Below, piece by piece: positions 7,665-16,972 of a stretch of 19,782 nucleotides of DNA. The stretch's first letter is position 1. Every line of letters begins with the position of its first letter. The notes under the pieces were generated by a model. It was not told where the DNA came from. It did no database searches and saw only the letters and a list, made by a program, of their open reading frames with translations. This DNA comes from a virus (taxonomy: Duplodnaviria > Heunggongvirae > Uroviricota > Caudoviricetes), in IMG/VR virus record IMGVR_UViG_2711768053_000018, positions 1 through 19,782 of that record. The stretch is one strand, 5' to 3'. Both the position numbers and the translations under genes were made by a program.

Positions 7665-8083
7665 AACATCACCTCCTCAAAATTCCCCTGATAAAACGCC
7701 AGTACACGCTGCATAACTTCGCTCTTCCGGCACTCACGGCAGATTATGTTCTGACGCCTGTCGTAGCGACGTATTTCTCCGTCAGGTAATGACCAGATAA
7801 GGTCAGGATCAACCACAACCGTTTTTTTCACCTTTGCCCTTGAGAGTTTTTTGCGGGCGTTTTGCCAGTCCTTACGGGCCTGTTCAGACGGGAATAACCC
7901 GTAGCCAGAGTTGTATACATCACCACTGGCAACCAGCTCCCTGGCGAGAATGCTCATCAGATATCTTGTCGCACCTGTCTTGGCTTCCAGTTGTCGTAAC
8001 GTCTCGCGACCGCTCAGACGTACAAGTTCAACAACCTGCCCTTTAATTTTTTCCCGCTCTTCTGGTGTAAATACTTTTGCCAT
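7661..8083 (-). CDS. Hypothetical phage protein
   Basis: Start set at ATG 8083 (MAKVFTPEE...) preceded by GGAGG at 5-nt spacing; the track ORF extends to 8098. Stop overlaps the MTase start. Confidence 0.55.
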   Translation of the reverse strand: MAKVFTPEEREKIKGQVVELVRLSGRETLRQLEAKTGATRYLMSILARELVASGDVYNSGYGLFPSEQARKDWQNARKKLSRAKVKKTVVVDPDLIWSLPDGEIRRYDRRQNIICRECRKSEVMQRVLAFYQGNFEEVML

Positions 8084-8098
8084 AGGTGCCTCCGGCAA

Positions 8099-8860
8099 TC
8101 ACTTTTCCGACACAATACGACTGGAGGAATCGAAAATCTGTCGAACAATATCCCGGTGCTTGTTCAGCTCCCGCAGCGCGGCGCAGACTCGCTCCCACTT
8201 CTGGACATGATTTTTCGCCCGACGCAGTTCGCGGTTTGCCATATGCAGCGATGGTAAAACCAGGTCATCTGCTCGCGTTTCAGTGAACGATGGCAGCGGC
8301 TGCACAATGTCCGCCACAGTTTCTGTTTTAATTTCTTCCTGTATTGCAGCCTCCTGTACTGGTAAAACAACACATGCAGGCTGAGGAAAGGCTTTACCAT
8401 CATTTTCCGTTACCGATGCAGCTTTCGGCTCTGCTGGTAAATTATCGCCCGGTATGCAGTAACGAAATTTACCGTTCTGGTTTACGCGAATCAGGCGTCC
8501 TTTGCAGATTGCCATTGCCAGCGTTGAAGCCACTTTGCGGGATGTTGTACCAAACAGCGTAGCCAGTTCATCCGCCGTTTGTGGTCCACGCTGCTCAATC
8601 GTCGCAGTTAAATCGCACTCTGAGATTTTCGCTACTGTTGCCGTGGTGGTTTCTTCCGGCAGTTCTGCCTGCATTGGCTGTTCCTGCTGAACGTTGTTAT
8701 CAGCCACACGCCAGGTGTACGCGCTTTTATCAACGAAACCAGCTTTTTTCAGTTCCCATAGTTCGTTCAGCACTTCTTCACGACTGATATCAAGTCGCGC
8801 AGCAAGTTCTATGGATGTGGCTTTTCCCATTGCTTTCAGTGCGTCAAAAACAGTCTCCAT
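8099..8860 (-). CDS. Phage protein with two winged-helix-like DNA-binding segments
   Basis: 253 aa. Two similar segments ([30 protein letters not shown] and [30 protein letters not shown]). GGGAGG RBS at 8-nt spacing. Confidence 0.6.
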   Translation of the reverse strand: METVFDALKAMGKATSIELAARLDISREEVLNELWELKKAGFVDKSAYTWRVADNNVQQEQPMQAELPEETTTATVAKISECDLTATIEQRGPQTADELATLFGTTSRKVASTLAMAICKGRLIRVNQNGKFRYCIPGDNLPAEPKAASVTENDGKAFPQPACVVLPVQEAAIQEEIKTETVADIVQPLPSFTETRADDLVLPSLHMANRELRRAKNHVQKWERVCAALRELNKHRDIVRQIFDSSSRIVSEK

Positions 8861-8893
8861 TAAAATTTCCTCCCGGTAAAATTACTTATCAAC

Positions 8894-9559
8894 TCAAACA
8901 AAACCAGCCGCTTTCCGGCGTTCATATTCCTGTTTCAGCAACTCAATTGGTGTTGGCCCCGACGGGCGTTCTGGTGCTGCCAGTTGCCGCCGTACGGGCG
9001 GAACGCTGAAGCCGTCACCAACATGCTTTGCCCATTTCGCCAGTTGCCGTTCTGCAAGTCGTTTTAACTCCCCTTCGGTCATCTGGCGCTCAATCCCCTT
9101 TGAACGCATCTCGAGGCAAATGTGATACAGCACAGGCTGAGACCACGGGTATTTATCGCTTCCGTCGTATCGCCAGGACTCGTTGCGCCAGCGTCGGTAC
9201 TCCTCCATCACAGCATCCACCGTCAGACCGAATGGATTGGCCCCGCTTTCCGAAATCAGCGCCACAAACTCAGCCAGGTCCGGAGGCCATGTTTCACCCG
9301 TCCGGCAGCGGTCCATGCACTGGCGGCAGACCTGTCGGATTTGCTGCTCAGTCATCGCACCAATCTGTGCAATCCAGAGCTTCGAAGGTGCGGCCCCGTT
9401 CTTCTGGGTCCAGCGGTTCGAATAAACCTCCCCCATGAGTTCCCACAACTTCCAGGCCGTTTCCGTCGCTGATAAATCCGTTTTCACGTTCCCACTGCTC
9501 ACGTGCTGCCCGAATTTCCTGAACTGCCCGTGATGCGGTGCCACCTGGTGCTGCTGCAT
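8894..9559 (-). CDS. Replication protein P-like (helicase-loader family)
   Basis: Colinear similarity to lambda P from memory ([46 protein letters not shown]). Start uncertain: the track start 9559 overlaps the O-like ORF by 212 nt; internal ATGs are at 9436 and 9358. Confidence 0.65.
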   Translation of the reverse strand: MQQHQVAPHHGQFRKFGQHVSSGNVKTDLSATETAWKLWELMGEVYSNRWTQKNGAAPSKLWIAQIGAMTEQQIRQVCRQCMDRCRTGETWPPDLAEFVALISESGANPFGLTVDAVMEEYRRWRNESWRYDGSDKYPWSQPVLYHICLEMRSKGIERQMTEGELKRLAERQLAKWAKHVGDGFSVPPVRRQLAAPERPSGPTPIELLKQEYERRKAAGFV

Positions 9560-10472
9560 GGTTCACCCCCTTGCTGACTGGTTTAACCTGCGCCCTGACG
9601 TGATTTACGTGACGGGCGAATTTCTGCTCCCACTGAACCTGCGTGAAAACTTTCCCCTCCGCTGCCCAGTAGTCCCGGAAGGCGGCAAGTTCAGCTGGTG
9701 TAAATTCCGGCTCCGGCAGAGCCACTCCCCACAGAGCTGCCCGCCGTCGAAAATCCAGCGACGGATGCCAGCCATCAGTCATCGGAAATTTCCCGATGGG
9801 TTCGTTCAGGCCTTCCAGGTAATCAGGTTCCGCTGTCTGCAACGGCACGCCATTTGCCTCACTGGCCGGAGCACTCTCGCGCACGCGCGCGTTATGTGTG
9901 GGGTTTATATATCTGTTATCTGTTATCTGGATACCGCATGACAAAGCGTTAGCCTTATCCTTAGGCTTATCCTCAGGCAAAGGGATTGCCTTATCGAATG
10001 CCATCCCCAAAGCCTCAGAAACCCCATAGGACGCGGCTCTCAGCGATTCCCTAGCCTCCCATTTGAGAGGACAATCAGGAATTAAAGCGAATGCCTTTGC
10101 CCAGGATTTAATGACATTTATCGAGTTTGGCGGATTGTGTTTCGCAGCATTCGGGAGCCAAAAAACTCTGGCTTTGATATCTGCTTTCACCATGCCAAGA
10201 TTCATGGCTTCGCCTAAGGCTAAGTCAAAGGCTTCGATATCCCACCCCAACTCTTCAGCCATTGCTGCCCGCCCGGCTTTAAACAACCCAGGAATAATCC
10301 CGGTAAATGGACTGGTCAGCAGATAAATAAACAAACTCTGTCCACTTGGAGGCAGAGGAGATAACGCCCTAAATTTGGGATCATCCCATATCGTTATTTT
10401 TACCTTGCGATAAGGCTCATTGTTTGCCTTAGTTTTTGGCATGGGATTTGGCATATTTTTAGCCTTAACCAT
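9348..10472 (-). CDS. Replication initiator (O-like) with a DnaT-like C-terminal region
   Basis: Track ORF 9348..10526 begins with a TTG; first ATG is at 10472 (MVKAKNMP...) with GAGG at 5-nt spacing. Contains an internal iteron/AT-rich region, as in lambda O. C-terminal region resembles the DnaT-type domain from memory. Confidence 0.6.
   Translation of the reverse strand: MVKAKNMPNPMPKTKANNEPYRKVKITIWDDPKFRALSPLPPSGQSLFIYLLTSPFTGIIPGLFKAGRAAMAEELGWDIEAFDLALGEAMNLGMVKADIKARVFWLPNAAKHNPPNSINVIKSWAKAFALIPDCPLKWEARESLRAASYGVSEALGMAFDKAIPLPEDKPKDKANALSCGIQITDNRYINPTHNARVRESAPASEANGVPLQTAEPDYLEGLNEPIGKFPMTDGWHPSLDFRRRAALWGVALPEPEFTPAELAAFRDYWAAEGKVFTQVQWEQKFARHVNHVRAQVKPVSKGVNHAAAPGGTASRAVQEIRAAREQWERENGFISDGNGLEVVGTHGGGLFEPLDPEERGRTFEALDCTDWCDD
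9906..9996. repeat. Putative replication origin: iteron-like repeats plus AT-rich tract inside the O-like gene
   Basis: Three copies of G(C/G)CTTATC(C/G) at 9952-9960, 9964-9972 and 9988-9996 (12- and 24-bp spacing), then an AT-rich tract with tandem ATCTGTT repeats at 9906-9933. In the direction of O translation, iterons precede the AT-rich tract, as in lambda ori. Confidence 0.45.
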
Positions 10473-10551
10473 AATTGCCTCATCTGGTGTCGAACCTTCC
10501 TCCGGATATAATCTGTGATTCCCCAATCAACAGAACCAAAGGAGGTTCGAC

Positions 10552-10803
10552 ATGTCTTTTACATTTGATAAGTCTGCTCCATTCCCACAAAAATTTTGGG
10601 TGGACAGTATTACTGGAACCGAGTCAAAAATTTTTAGCACCTCAGGAATGCTCAATCGCGGAGGAGTAAAAATACTTGCCCAGGAATTCCACACACAGGA
10701 GCTAAATTACGGGGCTTATCACAAACTAGAGTTGATAATGGATGCAACCCAAATTGATGAACTGATCGTTGCCCTACAAAAGCTAAAAGAAAAGATGTCA
10801 TAA
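10552..10803 (+). CDS. Hypothetical 83-aa protein, antisense to the early-right operon
   Basis: Strong AAGGAGG RBS at 7-nt spacing. AT-rich by eye. A perfect TATAAT sits at 10507-10512 upstream. Stop codon directly abuts the stop of the convergent gene at 10804. Confidence 0.5.
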   Translation: MSFTFDKSAPFPQKFWVDSITGTESKIFSTSGMLNRGGVKILAQEFHTQELNYGAYHKLELIMDATQIDELIVALQKLKEKMS

Positions 10804-11100
10804 TCACCCCCTAAAAATTACGTGGCGCAGCGGTTGAGCTTTGCTGTAGTCGATCTCATCGCCATACTCAATATCAAGAGCTTGTCCCTGCGCCAGTTCC
10901 ATCCACCGAATGTGTTCTGCGGCTTTTTCTTTATCTTTGATATTGATGAACAACAGCGTTGACGAGGGATACCCGTTAACAAGATGGCGATGCAGAGAGA
11001 GTCGTATGGCATACCAGGCAACATTTCGGGCTATACGCTGAAGCAATGTTTCGCCTTCCAGTGTTTTAAGTCGGTATTTTTTCAGTTCATATTTTTCCAT
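10804..11100 (-). CDS. Hypothetical 98-aa protein immediately downstream of ydaT
   Basis: ATG at 11100 (MEKYELKK...) with AAGGTGA 7 nt upstream; the track ORF starts at a GTG at 11106. Confidence 0.5.
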   Translation of the reverse strand: MEKYELKKYRLKTLEGETLLQRIARNVAWYAIRLSLHRHLVNGYPSSTLLFINIKDKEKAAEHIRWMELAQGQALDIEYGDEIDYSKAQPLRHVIFRG

Positions 11101-11112
11101 CACCACATCACC

Positions 11113-11535
11113 TTAATGAACAACAACAGAATCGCCGGACGAACCACCGCCGCTGAAATGCGCTTTCCGGTAAACGGCCTGGACTGCATCATCATGCGCA
11201 TCAATTGCCGTACTCAACGCTTCCTGCGCCGCCAGTAATGCACGGCGTTCCAGGGTATCGAAGATGCAGAGTCGGTGACGCAGCTCGCGCGGAAGGATTG
11301 CCAGAATTGCTGGGATCAGCTTCTGAATTTTTTCTCTTTGCGTTTTCGTTTCACCTTTCAACCAACGGTGATAGATATTCTGCTGATTGTTCCAGTCCTT
11401 GCCTGGAACCAGGGGCAATTCGCCGCCCCCCTGGCGCAGATATTCTTCAGTAATTGCATTGGCTACCCATGCCTGCCCTTTTTCGGCTGCCAGGGCAAAC
11501 AACACTGATTCGATGTGCTCATGCTTGATTTTCAT
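11113..11535 (-). CDS. ydaT: YdaT-like protein (Rac early-right operon)
   Basis: 140 aa, same length as K-12 YdaT from memory, and positioned directly after ydaS. Confidence 0.75.
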   Translation of the reverse strand: MKIKHEHIESVLFALAAEKGQAWVANAITEEYLRQGGGELPLVPGKDWNNQQNIYHRWLKGETKTQREKIQKLIPAILAILPRELRHRLCIFDTLERRALLAAQEALSTAIDAHDDAVQAVYRKAHFSGGGSSGDSVVVH

Positions 11536-11557
11536 GAATCATTTGCCTCTTGATGTT

Positions 11558-11854
11558 TCAGGTATGATCAAATGAGGATTTGTTACTGTCATTTAGTTGC
11601 TTCACTGACATATTCTGCGAACAACATGCCGAACGTCGTAAATATGACCAGTCAATATCAGGACGAAGCTCTTCGCACAGAACCTCACCTCTTGTTGCTC
11701 GTTCAATTGCTGGACATCTCTCGGCAGGCAATTGACGTACCCCTTTGATCCATTGATTTACGCTTGGAGGTGATACACCTAAAAGCCTAGCCATTGCTGA
11801 TTGCCCACCGACAACAGCACAAGCTTGCTTGAATGAATAGTTCTCTTTTTTCAT
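11558..11854 (-). CDS. ydaS: YdaS-like Cro-type HTH protein
   Basis: 98 aa with HTH segment QACAVVGGQSAMARLLGVSPPSVNQW; divergent from racR across the operator region; GGAG RBS. Confidence 0.8.
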   Translation of the reverse strand: MKKENYSFKQACAVVGGQSAMARLLGVSPPSVNQWIKGVRQLPAERCPAIERATRGEVLCEELRPDIDWSYLRRSACCSQNMSVKQLNDSNKSSFDHT

Positions 11855-11880
11855 CGAATGAACTCCAAAAACACACAGAA

Positions 11881-11955
11881 ATATTAGGCGACGCCTAATA
11901 TAAATGTCAATAGGCTATGCCTAATGCGATAAAGATAGGGATTGCCTAATGCAAT
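11881..11955. promoter_or_regulatory. OR-like operator/promoter region between racR and ydaS
   Basis: Perfect 21-bp palindrome ATATTAGGCGACGCCTAATAT (11881-11901) and further TTAGGC/GCCTAA half-sites. Minus-strand promoter candidate TTGACA (11910-11905), 18-nt spacer, TAATAT (11886-11881) aimed at ydaS. Confidence 0.55.
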
Positions 11956-11977
11956 GAGCATAGGAGAATATTAAGCA

Positions 11978-12454
11978 ATGCTTAGTGGTAAAGACTTAGG
12001 CCGAGCGATAGAGCAGGCCATTAACAAAAAAATCGCATCGGGATCCGTCAAATCAAAGGCGGAGGTCGCACGCCACTTCAAAGTCCAACCACCATCAATT
12101 TATGACTGGATTAAGAAAGGCTCCATAAGTAAAGATAAACTTCCAGAATTATGGCGTTTCTTTTCTGATGTTGTTGGTCCAGAGCATTGGGGGCTTAACG
12201 AATACCCCATACCAACCCCCACCAATTCAGATACAAAAAGTGAACTTTTAGATATAAACAACCTTTATCAAGCAGCCTCTGATGAAATTAGAGCGATTGT
12301 AGCTTTCCTGTTATCTGGAAATGCTACAGAACCAGATTGGGTTGACCACGATGTTCGCGCCTACATAGCAGCGATGGAAATGAAAGTGGGTAAGTATCTG
12401 AAAGCTCTAGAATCTGAACGGAAAAGCCAGAACATCACAAAAACTGGAACTTAA
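11978..12454 (+). CDS. racR: Prophage repressor RacR-like
   Basis: 158 aa (same length as K-12 RacR from memory). N-terminal HTH-like segment, AGGAGA RBS, flanked by operator clusters on both sides. Confidence 0.8.
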   Translation: MLSGKDLGRAIEQAINKKIASGSVKSKAEVARHFKVQPPSIYDWIKKGSISKDKLPELWRFFSDVVGPEHWGLNEYPIPTPTNSDTKSELLDINNLYQAASDEIRAIVAFLLSGNATEPDWVDHDVRAYIAAMEMKVGKYLKALESERKSQNITKTGT

Positions 12455-12529
12455 ACTTATATGGTCTGACGGAAAACTCCTGGATTCCGTTATTTAACCC
12501 CCCCATCATTTTCTCCTGTCGCCATCACC

Positions 12530-12595
12530 TATTAGGTTACGCCCAAAACATTAGGCATAGCCTATTGACAATCAATTAGGCATTACCTATAGTTC
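12530..12595 (+). promoter_or_regulatory. OL/pL-like operator and near-consensus sigma70 promoter driving the + strand operon toward int
   Basis: TTGACA (12565-12570), 17-nt spacer, TATAGT (12588-12593). TTAGGC-type half-sites at 12532, 12551 and 12576. Contains a 22-mer identical to the OR promoter module. Confidence 0.6.
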
Positions 12596-12762
12596 CAGCA
12601 TACCACCCACCCCGCCACACAGAACGCCGGGCAATACTTCGAGTTACCAGGCAGTGGTAAGGGGTTAAGTAGCCAGCCCGAGGCGTATGAACATGACGGC
12701 GGGATTCAAATTTTGCAGTGCAGCAGTTAGTTCCGCCACCCGGCGTTAAGGGGAGAGATAAG

Positions 12763-12897
12763 ATGGTGCATTACGAAGTAGTTCAGTATTTGATGGATTG
12801 TTGCGATATCACTTACAGCCAGGCTGTACAGGCTCTACGCAGCAACGACTGGGATCTCTGGCAGGCAGAAGCCTCTATCCGCAACAACAAGATGTGA
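12763..12897 (+). CDS. Small protein, YdaG-like (44 aa)
   Basis: ATG 12763 with GGGGAGAG upstream; reads MVHYEVVQYLMDCCDITYSQ...RNNKM. Position matches the Rac ydaG/ydaF pair next to racR (from memory). Below the track cutoff. Confidence 0.4.
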   Translation: MVHYEVVQYLMDCCDITYSQAVQALRSNDWDLWQAEASIRNNKM

Positions 12898-12907
12898 GGT
12901 GCGAAAA

Positions 12908-13060
12908 ATGCAAAAAATCGACCTCGGCAATAACGAATCCCTGGTGTGCGGCGTGTTCCCCAACCAGGATGGAACGTTCACCGCCATGACTTATACCAAA
13001 AGCAAAACATTTAAAACAGAAACAGGCGCACGTCGCTGGCTTGCCAGAAATACTTGCTAA
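12908..13060 (+). CDS. Small protein, YdaF-like (50 aa)
   Basis: ATG 12908 with GAGGTG 7 nt upstream; reads MQKIDLGNNESLVCGVFPNQ...ARNTC. Below the track cutoff. Confidence 0.4.
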   Translation: MQKIDLGNNESLVCGVFPNQDGTFTAMTYTKSKTFKTETGARRWLARNTC

Positions 13061-13266
13061 TCCATTATTTGGATTAATTCAATATTCTCGCTGTAGGGGT
13101 ATAGCAGAAACCACCAAAGCCCGGAGGTGGTGAAATAAAACCGGGCACAACACGAAGGCGCATTTCTGATATCCATAAAGAGTCGGTCTTGTCTGTTAAA
13201 TTTAAATGGTAGGAGTGCGCCTCCGGTTGTGAATAACAACACTGCTGTGTGTAGTCTTGGCGGCAT
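13057..13266 (-). CDS. Possible truncated SieB-like remnant
   Basis: 69-aa hydrophobic ORF at the position and strand where Rac sieB lies, with a 4-nt convergent overlap with the ydaF-like gene. The frame hits a stop at 13336-13338 upstream, so it is much shorter than the full length recalled for SieB. Confidence 0.25.
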   Translation of the reverse strand: MPPRLHTAVLLFTTGGALLPFKFNRQDRLFMDIRNAPSCCARFYFTTSGLWWFLLYPYSENIELIQIMD

Positions 13267-13480
13267 CAGTTTTTTCTTGAAGTTCGACTGATGTCCGCCC
13301 TTTTTAAAGTGAATTTTGTGATGCGGTGAATGCGGCTAAGCGCACGCGGCACAGTTAAAAGTCATGTTAGTCCTTATTGGTTTGGGTGGGAAAGCCGACT
13401 GTAATTGTTAACTGGTTGCAGTCACCTGGAGGCACCAGGCACCGCATCAACAAAGTTCATTTGTAAAAATGGAGATAATT

Positions 13481-13702
13481 ATGATTGCACATCACTTCGG
13501 AACTGATGAAATACCACGTCAGTGTGTGACTCCTGGTGACTATGTTCTTCATGAAGGCCGGACATATATTGCCTCGGCAAACAATATTAAAAAGCGAAAA
13601 CTTTATATTCGTAACCTGACCACAAAAACATGCATTACTGACTGCATGATTAAAGTCTTCCTCGGTCGTGATGGTTTACCTGTAAAGGCGGAGTCATGGT
13701 GA
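13481..13702 (+). CDS. kilR: KilR-like cell-division inhibitor
   Basis: 73 aa from ATG 13481 ([14 protein letters not shown]...) with GGAG at 7-nt spacing; recognised from memory of Rac KilR. Confidence 0.75.
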   Translation: MIAHHFGTDEIPRQCVTPGDYVLHEGRTYIASANNIKKRKLYIRNLTTKTCITDCMIKVFLGRDGLPVKAESW

Positions 13703-13872
13703 TGACTAAGAAAATAAAATGTGCTTACCACCTTTGCAATAAAGAAATTGAAGAAAGCAAAAGTATTAAAAGACCTCTTCATTTCATGCGTGGAGTTATC
13801 CCAACGACGGAAATGAAAAAATATTGTAGTGAAAGTTGTGCCGAAAAAGACCAGATGGCACACGAACTTTAA
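13702..13872 (+). CDS. ydaE: YdaE-like small Cys-rich protein
   Basis: 56 aa ([18 protein letters not shown]...CSESCAEKDQMAHEL); start overlaps the kilR stop. Below the track cutoff. Confidence 0.55.
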   Translation: MTKKIKCAYHLCNKEIEESKSIKRPLHFMRGVIPTTEMKKYCSESCAEKDQMAHEL

Positions 13873-13946
13873 TTAACTGACTATTCGAAACTGAATTTAT
13901 GCCAGCAATGGCAGGGATTCGCTCAACCTTAATTAAGGAGAAAAAC

Positions 13947-14192
13947 ATGAACACCAATTATGAAGCCACTGTTGCAACTACTGATAACATTGTTCACGAG
14001 GTTTACCTGGAAGGAAAGCTTATTGGCTACGTAATTAAAACAGAAAATAAAGAAACCCCATTCACTGTGGTTGATATCGACGGTCTATCAGGAAACTTTA
14101 AAACTCTTGTTGAAGGTGCCACAAAAATGTGCCTGGTTTACATCGGAAATAATCTGCCCGCAGAAAAAAAGCCGAATTTCTGGCAACTCTGA
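13947..14192 (+). CDS. racC: RacC-like protein
   Basis: ATG 13947 (MNTNYEATVATT...) with AAGGAG at 7-nt spacing; the track ORF starts further upstream at 13899. Confidence 0.65.
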   Translation: MNTNYEATVATTDNIVHEVYLEGKLIGYVIKTENKETPFTVVDIDGLSGNFKTLVEGATKMCLVYIGNNLPAEKKPNFWQL

Positions 14193-14320
14193 TTGTAATG
14201 AAATTAAAAGGTGAAATCTGAAAAAAAGAAAGCCTGCACAGTGTGCAGGCCTGAGTGAAGAACCTGGGACATTTATTCATCACTCGCAGTAATTTTAATC
14301 TGAATTGAGGTTAAAAAACA

Positions 14321-16972
14321 ATGAGCACAAAACCACTCTTCCTTTTACGGAAAGCGAAAAAATCATCCGGTGAACCTGACGTCGTCCTGTGGGCAAGCGA
14401 CGATTTTGAATCAACCTGTGCCACTCTGGACTACCTGATCGTTAAGTCAGGTAAAAAACTGAGCAACTATTTTAAAGCTGTTGCCACAAATTTTCCTGTC
14501 GTTAATGATCTTCCCCCTGAAGGTGAGATCGATTTTACCTGGAGTGAACGCTATCAACTCAGCAAAGACTCCATGACCTGGGAACTAAAACCGGGAGCAG
14601 CGCCAGACGACGTTCACCATCAGGAGGATGCACCGGAAACCGAAGAACCGACGGGAGGCCAGGAAGAAAACGCGCAGGCAGACGCCCACGAGGATTGCCA
14701 GGATTGCGAAGTCTCTGTAGCCACTTTGCGGTTCACACAGCGTCTTCTGCACATTTTTACGTATGCAGCCGGGGATCGAAAATACCTGCATCATGCCACC
14801 CGTGAACAACGCAAACACATTACTGCTCTTGAGATGGATCAGGAAAACAGCTATGTCCAGAATCTGCTGTTGGCCATACGCAGCATGGCAGAACCGACAA
14901 CTCTGGATAATGCCGCCCTGCTCCGCCTGACTGATGCAATTAAGGCAGTGTTCTCTATCACGAAAAAACATCAGCCCTATGAATTTAAGAATTTCATTTC
15001 AGCCTGGCTGGATACCGAACACATTGATCGCGGTCTTCTGACAAAAGAATGGCGAAAAGGGAATCGTGTTTCACGCATCACTCGCACGGCTTCCGGTGCT
15101 AATGCTGGCGGCGGGAACCTCACCGATCGCGGCGAAGGTTTCGTCCACGATCTGACGTCACTGGCGCGCGATGTAGCCACTGGCGTACTGGCCCGTTCAA
15201 TGGACGTGGACATCTATAACCTTCATCCGGCACACGCTAAACGCATTGAGGAAATTATCGCTGAAAATAAACCACCCTTTTCTGTTTTCCGCGACAAATT
15301 CATCACCATGCCTGGCGGGCTGGATTATTCCCGCGCCATCGTGGTTGCGTCCGTGAAAGAAGCACCAATTGGGATCGAGGTCATCCCCGCACACGTCACT
15401 GAATATCTGAACAAAGTACTGACTGAAACCGATCATGCCAACCCTGATCCGGAAATCGTGGATATTGCCTGCGGTCGCTCCTCGGCCCCGATGCCGCAGC
15501 GAGTAACAGAAGAAGGAAAACAGGACGATGAAGAAAAACCACAACCATCTGGCGCAATGGCAGATGAACAGGCAACGGCTGAAACAGTGGAACCGAATGC
15601 AACTGAACATCATCAGAACACGCAGCCGCTGGATGCTCAGTCACAGGTAAATTCTGTTGATGCGAAATATCAGGAACTGCGGGCAGAACTCCATGAAGCC
15701 CGGAAAAACATTCCATCAAAAAATCCTGTCGATGCCGATAAATTGCTTGCTGCATCACGTGGTGAATTTGTTGACGGAATTAGCGACCCGAACGATCCGA
15801 AATGGGTTAAGGGGATCCAGACTCGCGATTCTGTGTACCAGAACCAGCCAGAAACGGAAAAAATCAGCCCGGATGCGAAACAACCTGAGCCAGTAGTGCA
15901 ACAGGAACCGGAAATAGTCTGCAATGCCTGCGGTCAGACTGGCGGGGATAACTGCCCTGACTGTGGTGCGGTGATGGGCGACGCAACATACCAGGAAACA
16001 TTCGGTGAAGAGAATCAGGTTGAAGCTAAGGAAAAAGATCCGGAGGAAATGGAAGGCGCTGAACATCCGCACAATGAGAATGCTGGCAGCGATCCGCATC
16101 GCGATTGCAGTGATGAAACTGGCGAAGTCGCAGATCCCGTAATCGTAGAAGACATAGAGCCAGGTATTTATTACGGAATTTCGAATGAGAATTACCACGC
16201 GGGTCCCGGTGTCAGTAAGTCTCAGCTCGATGACATTGCTGATACTCCGGCACTGTATTTGTGGCGTAAAAATGCCCCCGTGGACACTACAAAGACAAAA
16301 ACGCTCGATTTAGGAACCGCTTTCCACTGCCGGGTACTTGAACCGGAAGAATTCAGTAACCGCTTTATCGTAGCACCTGAATTTAACCGCCGTACAAACG
16401 CCGGAAAAGAAGAAGAGAAAGCGTTTCTGATGGAATGCGCAAGCACAGGAAAAACGGTTATCACTGCGGAAGAAGGCCGGAAAATTGAACTCATGTATCA
16501 AAGCGTTATGGCTTTGCCGCTGGGGCAATGGCTTGTTGAAAGCGCCGGACACGCTGAATCATCAATTTACTGGGAAGATCCGGAAACAGGAATTTTGTGT
16601 CGGTGCCGTCCGGACAAAATTATTCCTGAATTTCACTGGATCATGGACGTGAAAACCACAGCGGATATTCAACGATTCAAAACGGCTTATTACGACTACC
16701 GCTATCACGTTCAGGATGCATTCTACAGTGACGGTTATGAAGCACAGTTTGGTGTGCAGCCAACTTTCGTTTTTCTGGTTGCCAGCACAACTGTTGAATG
16801 CGGACGTTATCCGGTTGAGATTTTCATGATGGGCGAAGAAGCAAAACTGGCAGGCCAGCAGGAATATCACCGCAATCTGCGGACCCTGGCTGACTGCCTA
16901 AATACCGATGAATGGCCAGCTATTAAGACGTTATCACTGCCCCGCTGGGCTAAGGAGTATGCAAATGACTAA
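14321..16972 (+). CDS. recE: Exodeoxyribonuclease VIII (RecE)
   Basis: 883 aa; N-terminus [26 protein letters not shown] and C-terminal nuclease region closely match K-12 RecE from memory; followed by recT with an 8-nt overlap. Confidence 0.9.
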   Translation: MSTKPLFLLRKAKKSSGEPDVVLWASDDFESTCATLDYLIVKSGKKLSNYFKAVATNFPVVNDLPPEGEIDFTWSERYQLSKDSMTWELKPGAAPDDVHHQEDAPETEEPTGGQEENAQADAHEDCQDCEVSVATLRFTQRLLHIFTYAAGDRKYLHHATREQRKHITALEMDQENSYVQNLLLAIRSMAEPTTLDNAALLRLTDAIKAVFSITKKHQPYEFKNFISAWLDTEHIDRGLLTKEWRKGNRVSRITRTASGANAGGGNLTDRGEGFVHDLTSLARDVATGVLARSMDVDIYNLHPAHAKRIEEIIAENKPPFSVFRDKFITMPGGLDYSRAIVVASVKEAPIGIEVIPAHVTEYLNKVLTETDHANPDPEIVDIACGRSSAPMPQRVTEEGKQDDEEKPQPSGAMADEQATAETVEPNATEHHQNTQPLDAQSQVNSVDAKYQELRAELHEARKNIPSKNPVDADKLLAASRGEFVDGISDPNDPKWVKGIQTRDSVYQNQPETEKISPDAKQPEPVVQQEPEIVCNACGQTGGDNCPDCGAVMGDATYQETFGEENQVEAKEKDPEEMEGAEHPHNENAGSDPHRDCSDETGEVADPVIVEDIEPGIYYGISNENYHAGPGVSKSQLDDIADTPALYLWRKNAPVDTTKTKTLDLGTAFHCRVLEPEEFSNRFIVAPEFNRRTNAGKEEEKAFLMECASTGKTVITAEEGRKIELMYQSVMALPLGQWLVESAGHAESSIYWEDPETGILCRCRPDKIIPEFHWIMDVKTTADIQRFKTAYYDYRYHVQDAFYSDGYEAQFGVQPTFVFLVASTTVECGRYPVEIFMMGEEAKLAGQQEYHRNLRTLADCLNTDEWPAIKTLSLPRWAKEYAND

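Noticed and set aside
9028-9472. Plus-strand ORFs (80-136 aa) antisense to the P-like and O-like genes
   Set aside because: GC-rich antisense frames, Pro/Arg/Ser-rich low-complexity products, no RBS.
9906-9996. CRISPR array
   Set aside because: The repeats are 9 bp, only three copies, irregularly spaced and inside a coding gene; this fits replication iterons, not a CRISPR array. No other direct-repeat array was seen in the window.
12798-12989. 63-aa plus-strand track ORF between racR and kilR
   Set aside because: It is an alternative frame spanning the two short, RBS-supported ydaG-like and ydaF-like ORFs, which fit Rac synteny better.
14585-16870. Nine minus-strand ORFs (61-147 aa) lying inside recE
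   Set aside because: All are antisense or alternative-frame ORFs within a confidently identified, GC-rich 883-aa gene, with no RBS support or recognisable motifs; treated as spurious.
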